A stretch of DNA of 64,000 nt from Gemmatimonadota bacterium (GCA_027294455.1 JAPULZ010000109.1:13259-77258), one strand, 5' to 3'. Counted from the first letter of the stretch, positions 29,233 to 40,168 are shown. The notes: generated by a model not told the origin, from the sequence alone. A program made the numbers and translations.

Positions 29233-30647
29233 GCTGGGAAACGGTCATCGGGCTCGAAGTCCACGTGCAGCTCGCCACGCGCACGAAGATGTTTTGCGGC
29301 TGTCCCACGTCGTTTGGCGACGATCCCAACACCAACGTCTGTCCAGTGTGCCTCGGCCTGCCGGGCGCCCTTCCCGTCCCGAACCGTACCGCGATACGGC
29401 TGGCCCTGCGCGCAGCCCTCGCCCTCGACTTCACGGTGCACCCCACCAGCATCTTCGCCCGCAAGAACTACTTCTATCCGGACCTCCCAAAGGGATACCA
29501 GATCACGCAGTTCGATCGTCCCCTCGCCACCCAGGGGCGACTGTCCTTCGCGTCGGCGGACGGCGAATCCGTCGTCGTGAGCATCACCCGTCTCCATCTC
29601 GAGGAAGATGCCGGGAAATCGATTCACGATCGCTTGCCGGGCAAGACTGCGGTGGACTGCAACCGCGCCGGCGTGCCGCTCGTGGAGATCGTGACGGAGC
29701 CAGTGATCGATTCGCCTGCGAACGCCCGAGCGTACCTCGTCGAGCTGAAGCGTATTCTTCAGTACCTGGAAGTCTCTGACTGCAACATGGAGGAAGGCCA
29801 CCTGCGCGTGGACGCCAATCTCTCCGTGCGCCCGGCCGGCTCCAGCGGGCTGGGCGTCAAGCAGGAAGTCAAGAACATGAACTCCTTCGCCACGGTGGAG
29901 CGCGCCCTCGAGGAATTGCGAGACCTGCAAGTGCACACCCTGGAACAGAACGCGGCCGTGGAACAGGCCACGTATGGCGCTGCCACGAGCGAGCTGCGTG
30001 TCATGCGCAGCAAAGAGGCCACCCATGACTATCGCTACTTTCCCGAACCCGACCTGCCGCCGCTCGTGCTTCCCGCCGATTGGGTCGATCTCGAGCTGGC
30101 CACAATCCCCGAGTTACCAGCGGCAAAGCGCGACCGCTTCGTCACGCAATATGAGGTGAGCGCGTACGACGCTCAGGTCCTCTCGGCTACACCCGACCTG
30201 GCCGACTACTTCGAAGCCGTGGTGACCGCGCGCGCAGCCGCCAAGACCGCGGCGAACTGGGTCATGGGGGCCGTCCTGCGAGATGCAAAGGAAAGCGACG
30301 GCGCCCTGCGTGTGCCGCCAGAACGCCTCGCCGAGCTCATCCGTCTGGTGGCCGACCGAACGGTCAGCAATCAGGCGGCCAAGCAGATCTTCCGCGCCAT
30401 GACCACCGACGGCGATGCGCCTGCCGTGATCGCGGGACGACTGGGCGTATTACAGGTGCGCGACGACTCCCAGCTCGGCTCGTGGGTAGAGGCGGTGCTC
30501 GCAGCCCACCCCGACCACGTCGGGCGCTTTCGCGGTGGCGAGAAAAAGCTGCTCGGGTTTTTCATGGGACGGGTCATGCAAGAGTCCGGTGGAAAAGCGG
30601 ATCCCAAACGGGTGAACGAGATTCTTCGGGAGAAGCTAGCTCCTTGA
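29229..30647 (+). CDS. gatB: Asp/Glu-tRNA amidotransferase subunit B
   Basis: GTG at 29229. WETVIGLEVHVQL.T.TKMFCGC...DPNTNVCPVCLGLPGALP, YFYPDLPKGYQITQ. Confidence 0.95.
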   Translation: MSWETVIGLEVHVQLATRTKMFCGCPTSFGDDPNTNVCPVCLGLPGALPVPNRTAIRLALRAALALDFTVHPTSIFARKNYFYPDLPKGYQITQFDRPLATQGRLSFASADGESVVVSITRLHLEEDAGKSIHDRLPGKTAVDCNRAGVPLVEIVTEPVIDSPANARAYLVELKRILQYLEVSDCNMEEGHLRVDANLSVRPAGSSGLGVKQEVKNMNSFATVERALEELRDLQVHTLEQNAAVEQATYGAATSELRVMRSKEATHDYRYFPEPDLPPLVLPADWVDLELATIPELPAAKRDRFVTQYEVSAYDAQVLSATPDLADYFEAVVTARAAAKTAANWVMGAVLRDAKESDGALRVPPERLAELIRLVADRTVSNQAAKQIFRAMTTDGDAPAVIAGRLGVLQVRDDSQLGSWVEAVLAAHPDHVGRFRGGEKKLLGFFMGRVMQESGGKADPKRVNEILREKLAP

Positions 30648-30813
30648 TACGCAGCACACCGGCAGCGCCCTCCGACGCGCTGTGGCTTTCATGGTGTCCC
30701 GCTATCCCAATCGCGTCCCGAAGAACCAACGCGCGCTCCGGGGCCTACGTGCATGCGTAGCCGCACGGCCTACGTGTACGCGGAGCCGGGTTCTCCGGCA
30801 AGACGCCGCCCGC

Positions 30814-31734
30814 TCACGCGGTCCACGGACGGTGAGCATTCGACACTTTCCAGTACGGAACCGGCTCATCCGGCACCTTGAAATGCTCATCCGCCATCAG
30901 CACCAGCTCTTCGATGGGCGGTGACACCAATCCCCTCACGACCTTCATGCGCATGCGTTTCGCGAGCCGGAGCGAGGCTTCCCCCGCGGGGTCGAGGCGT
31001 CGCGGCGCCGGATCGTCGTCTCCGCCCAGCAATTCCATGACGTATTGAAACGCGGACCCCATGTATCGCTCGATGTCGTCACCGCCGATGTCCCAGCGGC
31101 TCTTCTTGTCGGCAAGACGCACGATGCGTTGCCAGCTCTGGGTCTCGGTCACGCCGACCATGCCGCGAAAGAGGCGCCGGTTGGTGCGCACCGAGAAGAT
31201 GGTGGGGGCGATGATCTGATCGAGATGGGCGTCGGCGTCCCCATGGCCGAGTCGAATGACGTCCATGGCGGTCTTGGCGTACTCCGGCCCGAGCTGGGTT
31301 TCGAAGCGACTCTCCCAGTAGGAGTGTCCCAGCGCGATCGTCCGCGAGGTGACCACGAGCTGGCGCGGCACGAAGAAGTTGTGGGCCACCGCGTCCGCCG
31401 CTAGATGCGACAAATACCCGAGGCCGAACGCGCGCAACGCCTCGGTTTCGGCCTGATCGTAGATCTCCTGGCCCACATGCCAGGAATGGCAATGGCGCCC
31501 CACGGGCGCGTACTTCTTCGCCATCGACGTATCAGCGGCAATGTTCCCGTAGAGGAAATCGTACGGGAACGCCCGCAGCAGGCCGGCCACGGTCTCCGGC
31601 AATTGCCCGAGGTTGGTGAGGACGGATTCGCCCAGGAAGATGTGGGTGGCCGGGGTCCACGCCCAGGCATCGGTGGGGAAGACGATCAACGCGACGAGCG
31701 CGATGCCGCCGATCGCGATCAGTCGACGCGGCAC
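30814..31734 (-). CDS. zinc-dependent phospholipase C-like family protein (membrane-anchored or secreted)
   Basis: 306 aa. Signal/anchor, then WTPATHIFLGE...YGNIAAD...GYLSHLAADAVAHNFFVP (His-rich metal-site pattern of the Zn-PLC-like superfamily). Assigned by pattern only. Confidence 0.65.
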   Translation of the reverse strand: MPRRLIAIGGIALVALIVFPTDAWAWTPATHIFLGESVLTNLGQLPETVAGLLRAFPYDFLYGNIAADTSMAKKYAPVGRHCHSWHVGQEIYDQAETEALRAFGLGYLSHLAADAVAHNFFVPRQLVVTSRTIALGHSYWESRFETQLGPEYAKTAMDVIRLGHGDADAHLDQIIAPTIFSVRTNRRLFRGMVGVTETQSWQRIVRLADKKSRWDIGGDDIERYMGSAFQYVMELLGGDDDPAPRRLDPAGEASLRLAKRMRMKVVRGLVSPPIEELVLMADEHFKVPDEPVPYWKVSNAHRPWTA

Positions 31735-31737
31735 CGC

Positions 31738-32187
31738 TCAGCGCTTCCGCCGACGTTTCTTCTTGCCCGATCCAAGGAAGACGTTCTTCATGGACTTGAG
31801 AATCGCCGATCCCCGGCGGGTCGTGCGCAATGCCGCCGCGACGTCCAGCACGGTGTCTTCCAATTCTTCGTGCGCAACGTCTATGAGCGATTCGAGGTCG
31901 AGCAAGCGATCTTCGGCGGCGTCGACAGCGCTCGTCACGCGATCCCGAATATCCTCCGACGTCTCGACGATGCCTTCGATTTCCCCGCGAAGCATCTTGA
32001 CCACTTGCTGGGTCTCGCCGACGATGGACTTTGCCGACTCGGAGACCTGTCCCAAGATTTTCTCGAGTGCCTTGACGGTCCGCAAACTGTGGAGCAACAC
32101 CGGTACCATGAACGCTCCGACGCCCATGACGACAATGGCAATCAGAGCCGTCGCGATTGCGGTTATTACCGGGGGCCAGTCCATCAA
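31738..32187 (-). CDS. DUF948/YtxH-like membrane-anchored coiled-coil protein
   Basis: 149 aa. One N-terminal TM helix, a long charged helical region and a Lys/Arg-rich tail. Its stop is 3 nt upstream of the PLC-like gene start. Confidence 0.55.
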   Translation of the reverse strand: MMDWPPVITAIATALIAIVVMGVGAFMVPVLLHSLRTVKALEKILGQVSESAKSIVGETQQVVKMLRGEIEGIVETSEDIRDRVTSAVDAAEDRLLDLESLIDVAHEELEDTVLDVAAALRTTRRGSAILKSMKNVFLGSGKKKRRRKR

Positions 32188-32247
32188 TGCGATCTTTCGT
32201 AACGTTGGTCTATCACATCGCCTCTCAGAACCGCAATCGCTCTTTCC

Positions 32248-32598
32248 TCACTCCTCATCAGTAATCTCCGGTGCGAGCCCAACGACGCGATTGACCGGAA
32301 CCGTGAACACGATGCCACTCGCCGGCTCCTCGAACCCGCCGCACGCCTGCTGTACGAAGTCGATGGCCCTGGCCAACACGGTCGGGGATTCGATCACGGA
32401 AAAAATCGTGGTGTTCTGTGGCCGCGAGCGTGACATGAGGGCTTGGAGACCGGCAAACACAGGAACCTCCTGCGACAGCACACGCCCCATTCCCTCGCTA
32501 TTGATGACGGTGGCACCCGTCACCCCAAGCTTCAGGAAGCCGGACAGGATCTCCTCGAGCTTGTCGTCACGGTTTACTACACACACCAGTAGTTCCAC
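32248..32598 (-). CDS. small PII-like (GlnB/DarA-like pattern) protein
   Basis: 116 aa. MELLVCVV..DDKLEEIL..FLKLGVTGATV..SEG.G (beta-alpha-beta, then a T-loop-like segment) ...NTTIFSVIES...A..F....C......SGIVFTVPV. The resemblance is by eye only. Confidence 0.45.
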   Translation of the reverse strand: MELLVCVVNRDDKLEEILSGFLKLGVTGATVINSEGMGRVLSQEVPVFAGLQALMSRSRPQNTTIFSVIESPTVLARAIDFVQQACGGFEEPASGIVFTVPVNRVVGLAPEITDEE

Positions 32599-32722
32599 GG
32601 AAATCTACAATGTCAGATGGTGAAAGCAAAAGTAAGTTCGCATGACGGGATAATTTAGACCGGGGGAGTCAGCGGTGGCAAATAGGGTCCCGACCGAACC
32701 GTCCGCATCCGGGCCGTGATTT

Positions 32723-32750
32723 TTGCATTCTCGATCCGACATCTTACATT
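32723..32750 (+). promoter_or_regulatory. sigma70-like promoter, TTGCAT-16 nt-TACATT
   Basis: -35 at 32723-32728 and -10 at 32745-32750. The -10 ends 12 nt before the murA ATG at 32763. Confidence 0.4.
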
Positions 32751-32762
32751 GGTCGATCCACC

Positions 32763-34052
32763 ATGGGCCAACACTTTCGCGTCATCGGCGGCACTCCGCT
32801 CAAGGGTTCGATCAGGCCGGCGGGCAACAAGAACGCTGCCCTTCCGATGATCTGTGCGGCGCTCCTCGCCGACGGTCCGTCCGACCTTCACAATGTCCCC
32901 CGCATCGCGGACGTCGAATCCCTGTTGCAACTCGTGGCTGATCTGGGGGCGACCACCGAGTGGACGGGCCAGCACACGGTGCGCATCGACCCCTCCGGAC
33001 TCGAATCCCGCACCATCAACCCGCAGCTTTCCGCGCGGATTCGCGCGTCGATTCTCCTGGCGGGCCCACTGCTCGCCCGATTCGGCCGGGTGACACTCCC
33101 CCCACCCGGCGGCGACGTGATCGGCCGGCGGCGGGTGGACACCCACTTCCTGGCGTTGGAGAAACTGGGAGCCGAGATCTCGGTAGGAGCCGAATACACC
33201 CTCGAAGCGAGTCGCCTCGTGGGAGCGGAGATCTTCCTCGACGAACCCAGCGTCACGGCCACGGAAAACGCGGTCATGGCGGCGGTGACGGCGAAAGGCA
33301 CCACCGTGCTGCGCAACGTCGCCTCCGAGCCCCACGTGCAGGATCTCACCAACGGACTCGTGACGATGGGCGCCCGGATCGAGGGCATCGGTACCAACAT
33401 GCTCACCATCGAGGGCGTCGAAAGCCTGCGGGGTGCGTCTCTGGAGGTGGGTCCGGATCACATCGAAGTGGGCAGCTTCATTGGCCTCGCCGCCGTCACC
33501 AACGGGGAAATCACGATCGAGGGCGTGCGGCCCGATGATCTCCGCAGCATCCTCCTGGTGTTCGATCGACTCGGCGTGAAGCCCGTGATCGACGAGGACC
33601 GCGTCTTCGTGGCGGCGTCACAGGAGCGGCGGGTGCGGCCCGACCTGGGCGGACACATCCCCAAAATCGAGGACGGTCCCTGGCCCGCGTTTCCGGCGGA
33701 CCTCATGTCCATCGCCATCGTCGTGGCGACGCAGTGCGAAGGGCAGGTGCTGGCATTCGAGAAGATGTTCGAGTCCCGCCTCTATTTCGTGGACATGCTC
33801 ATCGACCTGGGCGCCAGAATCGTGCTGTGCGATCCGCACCGGGCCGTGATCGCCGGCCCGGCCGTGCTACAGGGCTCTGTGGTGCGGAGCCCCGATATCC
33901 GGGCCGGGATGGCCATGCTCCTGGCGGCGCTGGCCGCCGACGGCGAAAGCCACATCTACAACATCGGCCAAATCGACCGGGGCTACGAGCGCATCGACGA
34001 GCGCCTGGGCGCCCTGGGCGCGCAGATCGAGCGCGTCAGCTCCGACGAGTGA
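32763..34052 (+). CDS. murA: UDP-N-acetylglucosamine 1-carboxyvinyltransferase
   Basis: 429 aa. G.PLKG.I...GNKNAALP...A.LLA, and the C-terminal [35 protein letters not shown]. Confidence 0.96.
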   Translation: MGQHFRVIGGTPLKGSIRPAGNKNAALPMICAALLADGPSDLHNVPRIADVESLLQLVADLGATTEWTGQHTVRIDPSGLESRTINPQLSARIRASILLAGPLLARFGRVTLPPPGGDVIGRRRVDTHFLALEKLGAEISVGAEYTLEASRLVGAEIFLDEPSVTATENAVMAAVTAKGTTVLRNVASEPHVQDLTNGLVTMGARIEGIGTNMLTIEGVESLRGASLEVGPDHIEVGSFIGLAAVTNGEITIEGVRPDDLRSILLVFDRLGVKPVIDEDRVFVAASQERRVRPDLGGHIPKIEDGPWPAFPADLMSIAIVVATQCEGQVLAFEKMFESRLYFVDMLIDLGARIVLCDPHRAVIAGPAVLQGSVVRSPDIRAGMAMLLAALAADGESHIYNIGQIDRGYERIDERLGALGAQIERVSSDE

Positions 34053-34765
34053 CCGTCGCCATCGAAGAGGAAGTCCCACGCACACGGGGTGCGGGGATCG
34101 CCTGCGCCGAGCTCGAGTCGTGGCATGCGACCTATGGGCTCGTGGCCGGGATCACCACGCGCCGCGCACCGACGGGCCCCGTGGATCTGGGGCCGGCCTT
34201 CGCGCCCGCCTTCCGGAGCACCACGGGGAGCTGCCAACCCCACGGTGCCGCGGTGCGGGTTCACGAGTCGGAACCCGCCGAGTGGATGCTCCTGGAGGGG
34301 TTCGACGGCCACGCCACCCGGCAGGCGGGCCTCCTCCTCACGGTGACGGTGGCCGACTGCGTACCCGTCTACCTGGCCGATCCCGACACCGGGGCCATCG
34401 CCTTGCTCCACGCGGGGTGGCGGGGCATCGCCGCGGGGGTGCTGGAGGAGGGCATCCGCCGGGTCCTGGAGCTCACGGGAGGCGCCGCCGGCACCTTGGT
34501 GATGCATTGCGGGGTGGCCATCGGCGGGGCGCATTATGAGGTGTCCGAGGACGTGCTGGAGCAGCTCGGCGTCGCATCCGAGGGCGGGCCCGAGTCGGTG
34601 GATCTGCGGGAGGTGCTGGCGGCCCGCGCGACGGCGGCGGGTGTGGCCCGCGTCTCGGTGAGCCGCTGGTGCACGTATCGCGACGAGGCGCTGTTCTGGT
34701 CGCATCGCCGGGACGCCGAAACAGCCGGGCGCATGGTCGCATACCTCGGCCGCCCTTTGACTTGA
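34049..34765 (+). CDS. pgeF: YfiH/PgeF (DUF152) laccase-domain purine nucleoside phosphorylase family protein
   Basis: GTG at 34049 (GTGA overlap with murA). [12 protein letters not shown]....ALLHAGWRG...CGV.IG...YEV......W.HRRD pattern (Cys/His metal ligands). Confidence 0.85.
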   Translation: MTVAIEEEVPRTRGAGIACAELESWHATYGLVAGITTRRAPTGPVDLGPAFAPAFRSTTGSCQPHGAAVRVHESEPAEWMLLEGFDGHATRQAGLLLTVTVADCVPVYLADPDTGAIALLHAGWRGIAAGVLEEGIRRVLELTGGAAGTLVMHCGVAIGGAHYEVSEDVLEQLGVASEGGPESVDLREVLAARATAAGVARVSVSRWCTYRDEALFWSHRRDAETAGRMVAYLGRPLT

Positions 34766-34796
34766 GCAGTCCACGGCCGTAGATTTTGTGGTGTGA

Positions 34797-34827
34797 GCGG
34801 GCAGAAGGTGGGCCCGCGCTTTTTTTT
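34797..34827 (+). terminator. rho-independent terminator between pgeF and rimP
   Basis: GCGGGC (34797-34802) pairs with GCCCGC (34812-34817) around a 9-nt loop, followed by GC then T8 (34820-34827). It lies inside the ORF-track N-terminus of rimP (34793), arguing for the ATG at 34838 as the true start. Confidence 0.8.
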
Positions 34828-34837
34828 ATCGGAAGCC

Positions 34838-35338
34838 ATGTACGACGATCTCGAGGGCCTGTTGGCCGAAGCTCGGCATCGCGTCTCAGAGATCGGGTAC
34901 GAGCTGGTAGATCTCAGGCGCAAGGGCTCACGAGGGCGACCCTTGATTCAGGTGCGCATCGATGTGCCGATGTCGACGCCGCCGGACCGCGGGATCACCC
35001 ACGACGATTGCAAGGCGGTGAGTCGGGCTCTCGAGCGGTGGCTCGATGAGAGCCGGTTGTTCGGCGAACGGTACGTCCTCGAGGTCTCCTCGCCGGGGCT
35101 TGAGCGACCGGTTCGCTGGCTGGAGCACTGGGACCGATTTCGCGGACACGACGTGAATGTGCGGATCCCTGGTCGCGGGCGGATTCGGGCCACGATCGTG
35201 GACGTCGCCGAGGACGGCTCCGCCGTCGTGTTGCGACCCGTCGGAACCGAAGACGATGTGACCGTGGCCGTCAAGGACGCGCGGGATGCCACGCTCGCGA
35301 TCGATTGGGAGAAGATCAACATGAAGGAGTCGAGATGA
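34838..35338 (+). CDS. rimP: ribosome maturation factor RimP
   Basis: MYDDLEGLL......GYELVDL.....G....L.V.ID......I..DDC..VSR.L...LD.......Y.LEVSSPGL.RP. First gene of the rimP-nusA-infB cluster. Confidence 0.85.
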   Translation: MYDDLEGLLAEARHRVSEIGYELVDLRRKGSRGRPLIQVRIDVPMSTPPDRGITHDDCKAVSRALERWLDESRLFGERYVLEVSSPGLERPVRWLEHWDRFRGHDVNVRIPGRGRIRATIVDVAEDGSAVVLRPVGTEDDVTVAVKDARDATLAIDWEKINMKESR

Positions 35339-36810
35339 CGTCACCGGCCGAAGTGCTCGCGGCACTTCGCGAACTCGCCACCGCCAAACAGCTCGATCGG
35401 AAGGAACTGGTCGATCTGCTGCGGGACGGTATCCAAGCCGCCCTCGTGCGACGCTACGGGCCGGACGTGAACTCCGAGATCGAGTTGGACGACATGAAGG
35501 GCACCATGCGCGCCGTGGTGCTGCGCACCGTCGTGGAGACGGTCGATGATCCGTCGACCCAAATCAGCCTTGAAGAAGCCCGCTGGGAAGATCCCGACTT
35601 CCAAGTCGGCGAGGTGCTCGAGGAGGAGGTGCCGTTTGATGCCTTCGGGCGATCGGCGGTGCAGGCGGCAAAGCAGCGCATCATCCAGCGGGTGCGGGAA
35701 GGCGAACGGTCGCGCATTCGGGAAGAGTTCTCCGATCAAATAGGCGATCTGCTGTCGGGGGAGATCCAGCAGATCGATCGCGGCAAGCTGGTGATCATGA
35801 TCAATCAGTTCCGGGAGGCCGAGGCGATCATCCCGTATCGGGAACAGAATCGCCGCGAACATTTTCATCAGGGCGACAGCATTCGCGCCGTCCTCAAGCG
35901 CCTCGAGGAAACGCCGCGGGGTCCGAGGCTCATCCTGTCCCGCGCCGATGGGGCATTCGTGAGCGCGCTGTTCCAGCTCGAGGTGCCCGAAATCCAGCAG
36001 GGCATCGTGTCGATCCGGTTCGCCGCCCGCGAGGTGGGCAACCGGACGAAAATCGCCGTGGTGAGCTCCGACGACTCCGTCGATCCGGTCGGCGCGTGCG
36101 TGGGAATGAAGGGCAGCCGGGTGCAGGCCGTGGTCAACGAACTGGGGGGAGAGCGCATCGACATCGTCCCCTGGTCGCCCGACCCGGAGCGGTTCGCGCG
36201 GATGGCGTTGGCGCCGGCCCGGGTGTCGCGCGTGTTCTTCGATGAGGAGAGCGGTACCATCCAGGCGGTGGTGGACGAAGATCAACTGTCCCTCGCCATC
36301 GGCAAGCACGGCCAGAACGTTCGCCTGGCATCCGAGCTCACCGGGTGGAAGATCGATCTGTACTCCAGCCGCGAGTGGTTGGACCGGGGCGGGGAAGGCC
36401 CGCTGTTCGCACCCATGCCCCCGTCGGAGGATTTGATGGCCGACGTGGAGCTGGCCGAACTGAAGGGATTCCCCGACGACCTGGTCGAGACCCTGAAGGC
36501 CGCAGGGTACAAATCGCTGCGCGACATTCTGGATCTCGAGCGCAGCGACGTGGCGACCATCGAGGGCATGAGTCCCGAGAGTGTCGACGTGTTGCTGGAT
36601 TTTCTCTCGGAAGTGACCGAAGAGAACACGAGCGCAGAGGACGATGACGCCGTGGCCGTGGAAGCCCCGTCGGCCAGCGCCGAAACGGCGGAATCTCCCG
36701 CGGCCGACGCCGAGGTGGACAGCGCAACCGAGACTGAGACCGACGCCGAAAAGACGGCTGAAGTCCCGGTCGCGGAAAGCGAGGAACCGAAGCCGACGCC
36801 CACCACGTAG
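35335..36810 (+). CDS. nusA: transcription termination/antitermination factor NusA (with acidic C-terminal extension)
   Basis: ATG at 35335 (ATGA overlap with rimP). S1 and two KH regions (RTKIAVVS.D.SVDPVGACVGMKGSRVQAVV.ELGGE.IDIV.WS, LSLAIGK.GQNVRLAS.LTGWKIDL). Confidence 0.95.
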   Translation: MTSPAEVLAALRELATAKQLDRKELVDLLRDGIQAALVRRYGPDVNSEIELDDMKGTMRAVVLRTVVETVDDPSTQISLEEARWEDPDFQVGEVLEEEVPFDAFGRSAVQAAKQRIIQRVREGERSRIREEFSDQIGDLLSGEIQQIDRGKLVIMINQFREAEAIIPYREQNRREHFHQGDSIRAVLKRLEETPRGPRLILSRADGAFVSALFQLEVPEIQQGIVSIRFAAREVGNRTKIAVVSSDDSVDPVGACVGMKGSRVQAVVNELGGERIDIVPWSPDPERFARMALAPARVSRVFFDEESGTIQAVVDEDQLSLAIGKHGQNVRLASELTGWKIDLYSSREWLDRGGEGPLFAPMPPSEDLMADVELAELKGFPDDLVETLKAAGYKSLRDILDLERSDVATIEGMSPESVDVLLDFLSEVTEENTSAEDDDAVAVEAPSASAETAESPAADAEVDSATETETDAEKTAEVPVAESEEPKPTPTT

Positions 36811-37127
36811 TGACCCACGGCGCGTTGGGGCTGCTCGGGCTCGGGATGCGGGCAGGATCGGTGGTGGTGGGATCAGCCGGCGTGCGGGCCGCCTTGCGGC
36901 GTGACGAGCTTGCGCTGGTCATCCTGGCCGGCGACCGGAGCCGGCGCACCGAAGAGAAGGTGCTTCGACTGGTGGAAGCCCGCGGCGTGGCGTGGGTGGA
37001 GGGACCGAGTGCCGACGCCCTGGGACGCGCCCTGGGGCGCAGCCCGGTGCAAACGGTCGGAGTACGAGACACACAACTGGCAGCCGGGATCAGAGCCCAG
37101 GCCGCCCACGACGACGGACCGCGGTAG
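36810..37127 (+). CDS. L7Ae/YlxQ-like RNA-binding protein
   Basis: 105 aa. LLGLGMRAGSVVVGS.GV..AL.....LVILA.D.S..T..KV.......GV.......ALG.ALG fits the YlxQ pattern. Positioned between nusA and infB. Confidence 0.7.
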   Translation: MTHGALGLLGLGMRAGSVVVGSAGVRAALRRDELALVILAGDRSRRTEEKVLRLVEARGVAWVEGPSADALGRALGRSPVQTVGVRDTQLAAGIRAQAAHDDGPR

Positions 37128-37140
37128 GAGGATGCTCTAG

Positions 37141-39885
37141 GTGGCCAAAACTCGAATACACGATCTCGCGGCGGAGTTCAACCTGCAGACCGAGCAGCTG
37201 CTCAAGCTGCTGGCCGAGATGGACATTCATGTCCGGAGTCACTTGTCGGGCCTCGATTCGGGGCAGGTGGCGCTCGTCCGTGCACGATGGGAGCGGGAGA
37301 AACGCAAGCGGGCCGAGCCCACGACCACCCGTCGTCGCCGTACCACGAAGAAAAAGACCACCAAGACAACCAAGACCACCAAGGCCAAGCAGTCCAAGAC
37401 GGCCGAAGCGCCTGCACCGCCGGCGCGGCCCAAGCGGCGCCGGCGCACCGCGGCGGAGATCGAGGCCAAGGCCGAGCAAGTGGCGGCCGAGGAGCAGGAG
37501 AAAGAGGAGCAACGAGCCGCCGAACCCGAGCTTCAGACCCCCGAGGTAAGCGAGACCCCGGCATCGTTCGCGGAGCGGGCCGCCGCACTGTTCGGGGAAC
37601 CCGGGGAAGCCGCCGGCAAATCGCCGGCGCTGGAACCGGTAGTGGCCGAGCCCCCGACCGAGACCGAAGCAGTCCCCGCCGCAGCGTCCGCGCCCGAACC
37701 GGAGCGTCCGGCGGCGGTCGAGCCTCCGAGCGAGCCGCTGGACCCGGGCGTCCGTCCGACGCCCGTGGCCAGCGGACTGCGTCCCGTGGCCTCGGCGGCG
37801 CCGAAGAGGACCGGCATGCGCAAGCCGCCGCCGCCCGTGCGGCGGGTGGCCCCGGGGGCCCGTCCCATCGCCTCCGCCACCCCGGGCGGCGAACCCACCG
37901 ACGCCCGCCGGGACCGCAAGAAACGTGGGAAGACCAAACGCACCCAGGTGGACGTGCAGACCGTGCAGGCCAACATCAACCGGACGCTCGCGAGCCTGCG
38001 GGGATCCGGGCAGAAGAAGTCGCCTCGGCGCCGGGGCAACGAGCCGTCGTTCCGCGAGGTACAGCAGCAGCGTGCGGCCGAGGAGCGCGAGCGGGAGAAG
38101 ACGCTGGTTCGCGTCAACGAGTTCGTCACCGTGTCGGAGCTGGCGGGGACGCTGAACGTCCCGCCGACCGAGATCGTCTCGTTCTGCTTCAAGAACCTGG
38201 GGCAGATGGTCACGGTGAATCAGCGACTGGACTTCGATCAGATCGAGCTCATCGCCAACGAGTTCGACTATGAAGCCGTCCGCGAGGAAGAATACAGGTC
38301 CGACGCGGCCATGCCCGTGGACGAAGACAAGCCCGAGGACCTCGTGGCGCGTCCACCCGTGGTCACGGTCATGGGACATGTGGACCACGGCAAGACCTCG
38401 CTGCTCGACCACATCCGCAAGACCAACGTCATCGCCGGCGAAGCGGGCGGCATCACCCAGCACATCGGCGCCTACCACGTGGAGGTCGCCGGCGACCGCG
38501 GGGTGACGTTCCTCGACACGCCGGGGCACGAGGCCTTCACGGCCATGCGGGCCCGCGGCGCCCAGGTCACCGACATCGTGGTGTTGGTGGTGGCCGCGGA
38601 CGATCAGGTCATGCCGCAAACGATCGAAGCCATCAGCCATGCCAAGAACGCCGGCGTGCCGATCATCGTCGCGATCAACAAGATCGACTTGCCGTCCGCG
38701 CAGGTCGACAAGGTGAAGCAGGATCTGCTCCAGCACGAAGTCGTGCTCGAAGAGTTCGGCGGTGAGACCCTGTCCCAACCCATCTCATCCAAGACGGGCG
38801 AAGGCATCGAGGACCTCATCGAGAAGATTCTGCTGCAGGCGGACATGTTGGACAAGACGGCGAACCCCGACCGGGCTGCGAGCGGCATTGTGATCGAGAG
38901 CTCGCTCGACGCGGGCAAGGGACCGATGGCCACCGTGCTCGTGCAGCGCGGGACGCTCAAGTTGGGCGACGACTTCATCTGCGGGAACCTTGCCGGGCGC
39001 GTCCGGGCGCTGTTCGACGAACGCGGCGGCAAGGTCAAGAACGCCGGCCCGGCGATTCCGGTGCAGGTACTCGGTTTCGCAGGGGTGCCGGTGGCGGGTG
39101 ACGGCTTTGCCGTCGTCGCCAACGCCCCCGAAGCGCGGGAAATCGCCCAGAAACGCCAGCGGCTCGATCGCGAGGCGTCGCACCGGCGCACGTCGCGGGG
39201 AGTCACCCTCGACACGCTCTCCCAGCAGCTCGAGGCCGGTAAGGTGCGCTCGCTCAACATCATCATCAAAGCGGATCAGGGCGGCCCGGCCGAAGCCCTC
39301 GCCGACGCGTTCGCCCATCTGTCGACGGACGAAGTACAGGTACAAGTGATTCACCGGGGTATCGGCGCGATCACCGAGAGCGATATCCTGTTCGCCAAGA
39401 CGTCCCAGGCCATCATCATCGGGTTCCATGTCCGGCCCGACGCGAACGCGCGGGCCGCTGTCGAGCGCGAAGGCGTCGACGTACGCATGTACCGGGTGAT
39501 CTACGAAGCGGTCGAGGACGTGCGCCTCGCCCTCGAGGGCCTGCTAGCACCCGAGGAGCGGGAGAACGTGTTCGGCGACGCCGAGATCCTGGAGCTCTTC
39601 AAGATTTCGCGCCTGGGAACGATTGCCGGCTGCGTCGTGCGCAACGGGGTCATCAAACGGAACGCACGGGTTCGCGTCACGCGTGACGGGGTGTCGGTGT
39701 ACGACGGCCAACTCTCCAGCCTGAAGCGTTTCAAGGAAGACGTTCGCGAAGTCAAGGAGGGCCTCGAGTGCGGCCTTGCCGTCGAGAACTTCAACGACGT
39801 GAAAGTGGGGGATATGATAGAGGCATACACGGTGGAGCAGATCGCCCGCAAGCTCGAACCGGCAGGGGCTTCCAAGGAGGGATAG
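37141..39885 (+). CDS. infB: translation initiation factor IF-2
   Basis: 914 aa, GTG start preceded by GGAGG. Basic/Pro-rich N-terminal region, then the G-domain [16 protein letters not shown]...DTPGHEAF...NKID. Confidence 0.97.
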   Translation: MAKTRIHDLAAEFNLQTEQLLKLLAEMDIHVRSHLSGLDSGQVALVRARWEREKRKRAEPTTTRRRRTTKKKTTKTTKTTKAKQSKTAEAPAPPARPKRRRRTAAEIEAKAEQVAAEEQEKEEQRAAEPELQTPEVSETPASFAERAAALFGEPGEAAGKSPALEPVVAEPPTETEAVPAAASAPEPERPAAVEPPSEPLDPGVRPTPVASGLRPVASAAPKRTGMRKPPPPVRRVAPGARPIASATPGGEPTDARRDRKKRGKTKRTQVDVQTVQANINRTLASLRGSGQKKSPRRRGNEPSFREVQQQRAAEEREREKTLVRVNEFVTVSELAGTLNVPPTEIVSFCFKNLGQMVTVNQRLDFDQIELIANEFDYEAVREEEYRSDAAMPVDEDKPEDLVARPPVVTVMGHVDHGKTSLLDHIRKTNVIAGEAGGITQHIGAYHVEVAGDRGVTFLDTPGHEAFTAMRARGAQVTDIVVLVVAADDQVMPQTIEAISHAKNAGVPIIVAINKIDLPSAQVDKVKQDLLQHEVVLEEFGGETLSQPISSKTGEGIEDLIEKILLQADMLDKTANPDRAASGIVIESSLDAGKGPMATVLVQRGTLKLGDDFICGNLAGRVRALFDERGGKVKNAGPAIPVQVLGFAGVPVAGDGFAVVANAPEAREIAQKRQRLDREASHRRTSRGVTLDTLSQQLEAGKVRSLNIIIKADQGGPAEALADAFAHLSTDEVQVQVIHRGIGAITESDILFAKTSQAIIIGFHVRPDANARAAVEREGVDVRMYRVIYEAVEDVRLALEGLLAPEERENVFGDAEILELFKISRLGTIAGCVVRNGVIKRNARVRVTRDGVSVYDGQLSSLKRFKEDVREVKEGLECGLAVENFNDVKVGDMIEAYTVEQIARKLEPAGASKEG

Positions 39886-39886
39886 G

Positions 39887-40168
39887 GTGGTCATCGGTGT
39901 GATGACTTGGGAGCTACACCTGGACGGGTGTCAGTCGCTCAAGGACAAACGCCATGTGCTCAAGAGCTTGAAGGACCGCCTCCACCAACGATTCAATGTA
40001 TCGGTGGCCGAGACGAATCACCAGGACCGCTGGCAACGAGCCGAAGTGTCGTGCTGCATCGTCGCCACCGACAATCGCCATGCCCAGTCCGTACTCAGCG
40101 CCGCCGACCATTTCGTGGAACAGAATCCGCTCGCCCGGATCATCGATTCCCACATGAGCGTGTTATGA
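39887..40168 (+). CDS. DUF503 (YlxP-like) protein
   Basis: 93 aa. L.L.GC.SLKDKR.VLKSLKDRL...FNVSVAE...QD.WQRAE. Typical position between infB and rbfA. Confidence 0.8.
   Translation: MVIGVMTWELHLDGCQSLKDKRHVLKSLKDRLHQRFNVSVAETNHQDRWQRAEVSCCIVATDNRHAQSVLSAADHFVEQNPLARIIDSHMSVL

Noticed and set aside
30742-30776. Direct repeat GGCCTACGTG x2 (25-nt period) and an imperfect hairpin GGC(C)TACG-TGCATG-CGTAGCC in the convergent gatB / PLC-like spacer.
   Set aside because: The repeat is short (10 nt), has only two copies and lies between two gene ends. It is most simply terminator-type secondary structure. There is no U-tract and no evidence for an sRNA or a mobile-element end.
36620-37950. Repetitive-looking acidic (NusA C-terminus, HEAT-protein C-terminus 17440-17645) and basic/Pro-Ala-rich (IF-2 N-terminus) stretches, considered as tandem repeats or a CRISPR-like array.
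   Set aside because: They lie inside continuous reading frames of conserved proteins. They are compositionally biased but have no fixed-length repeat/spacer periodicity. Such low-complexity linkers are typical of these proteins.
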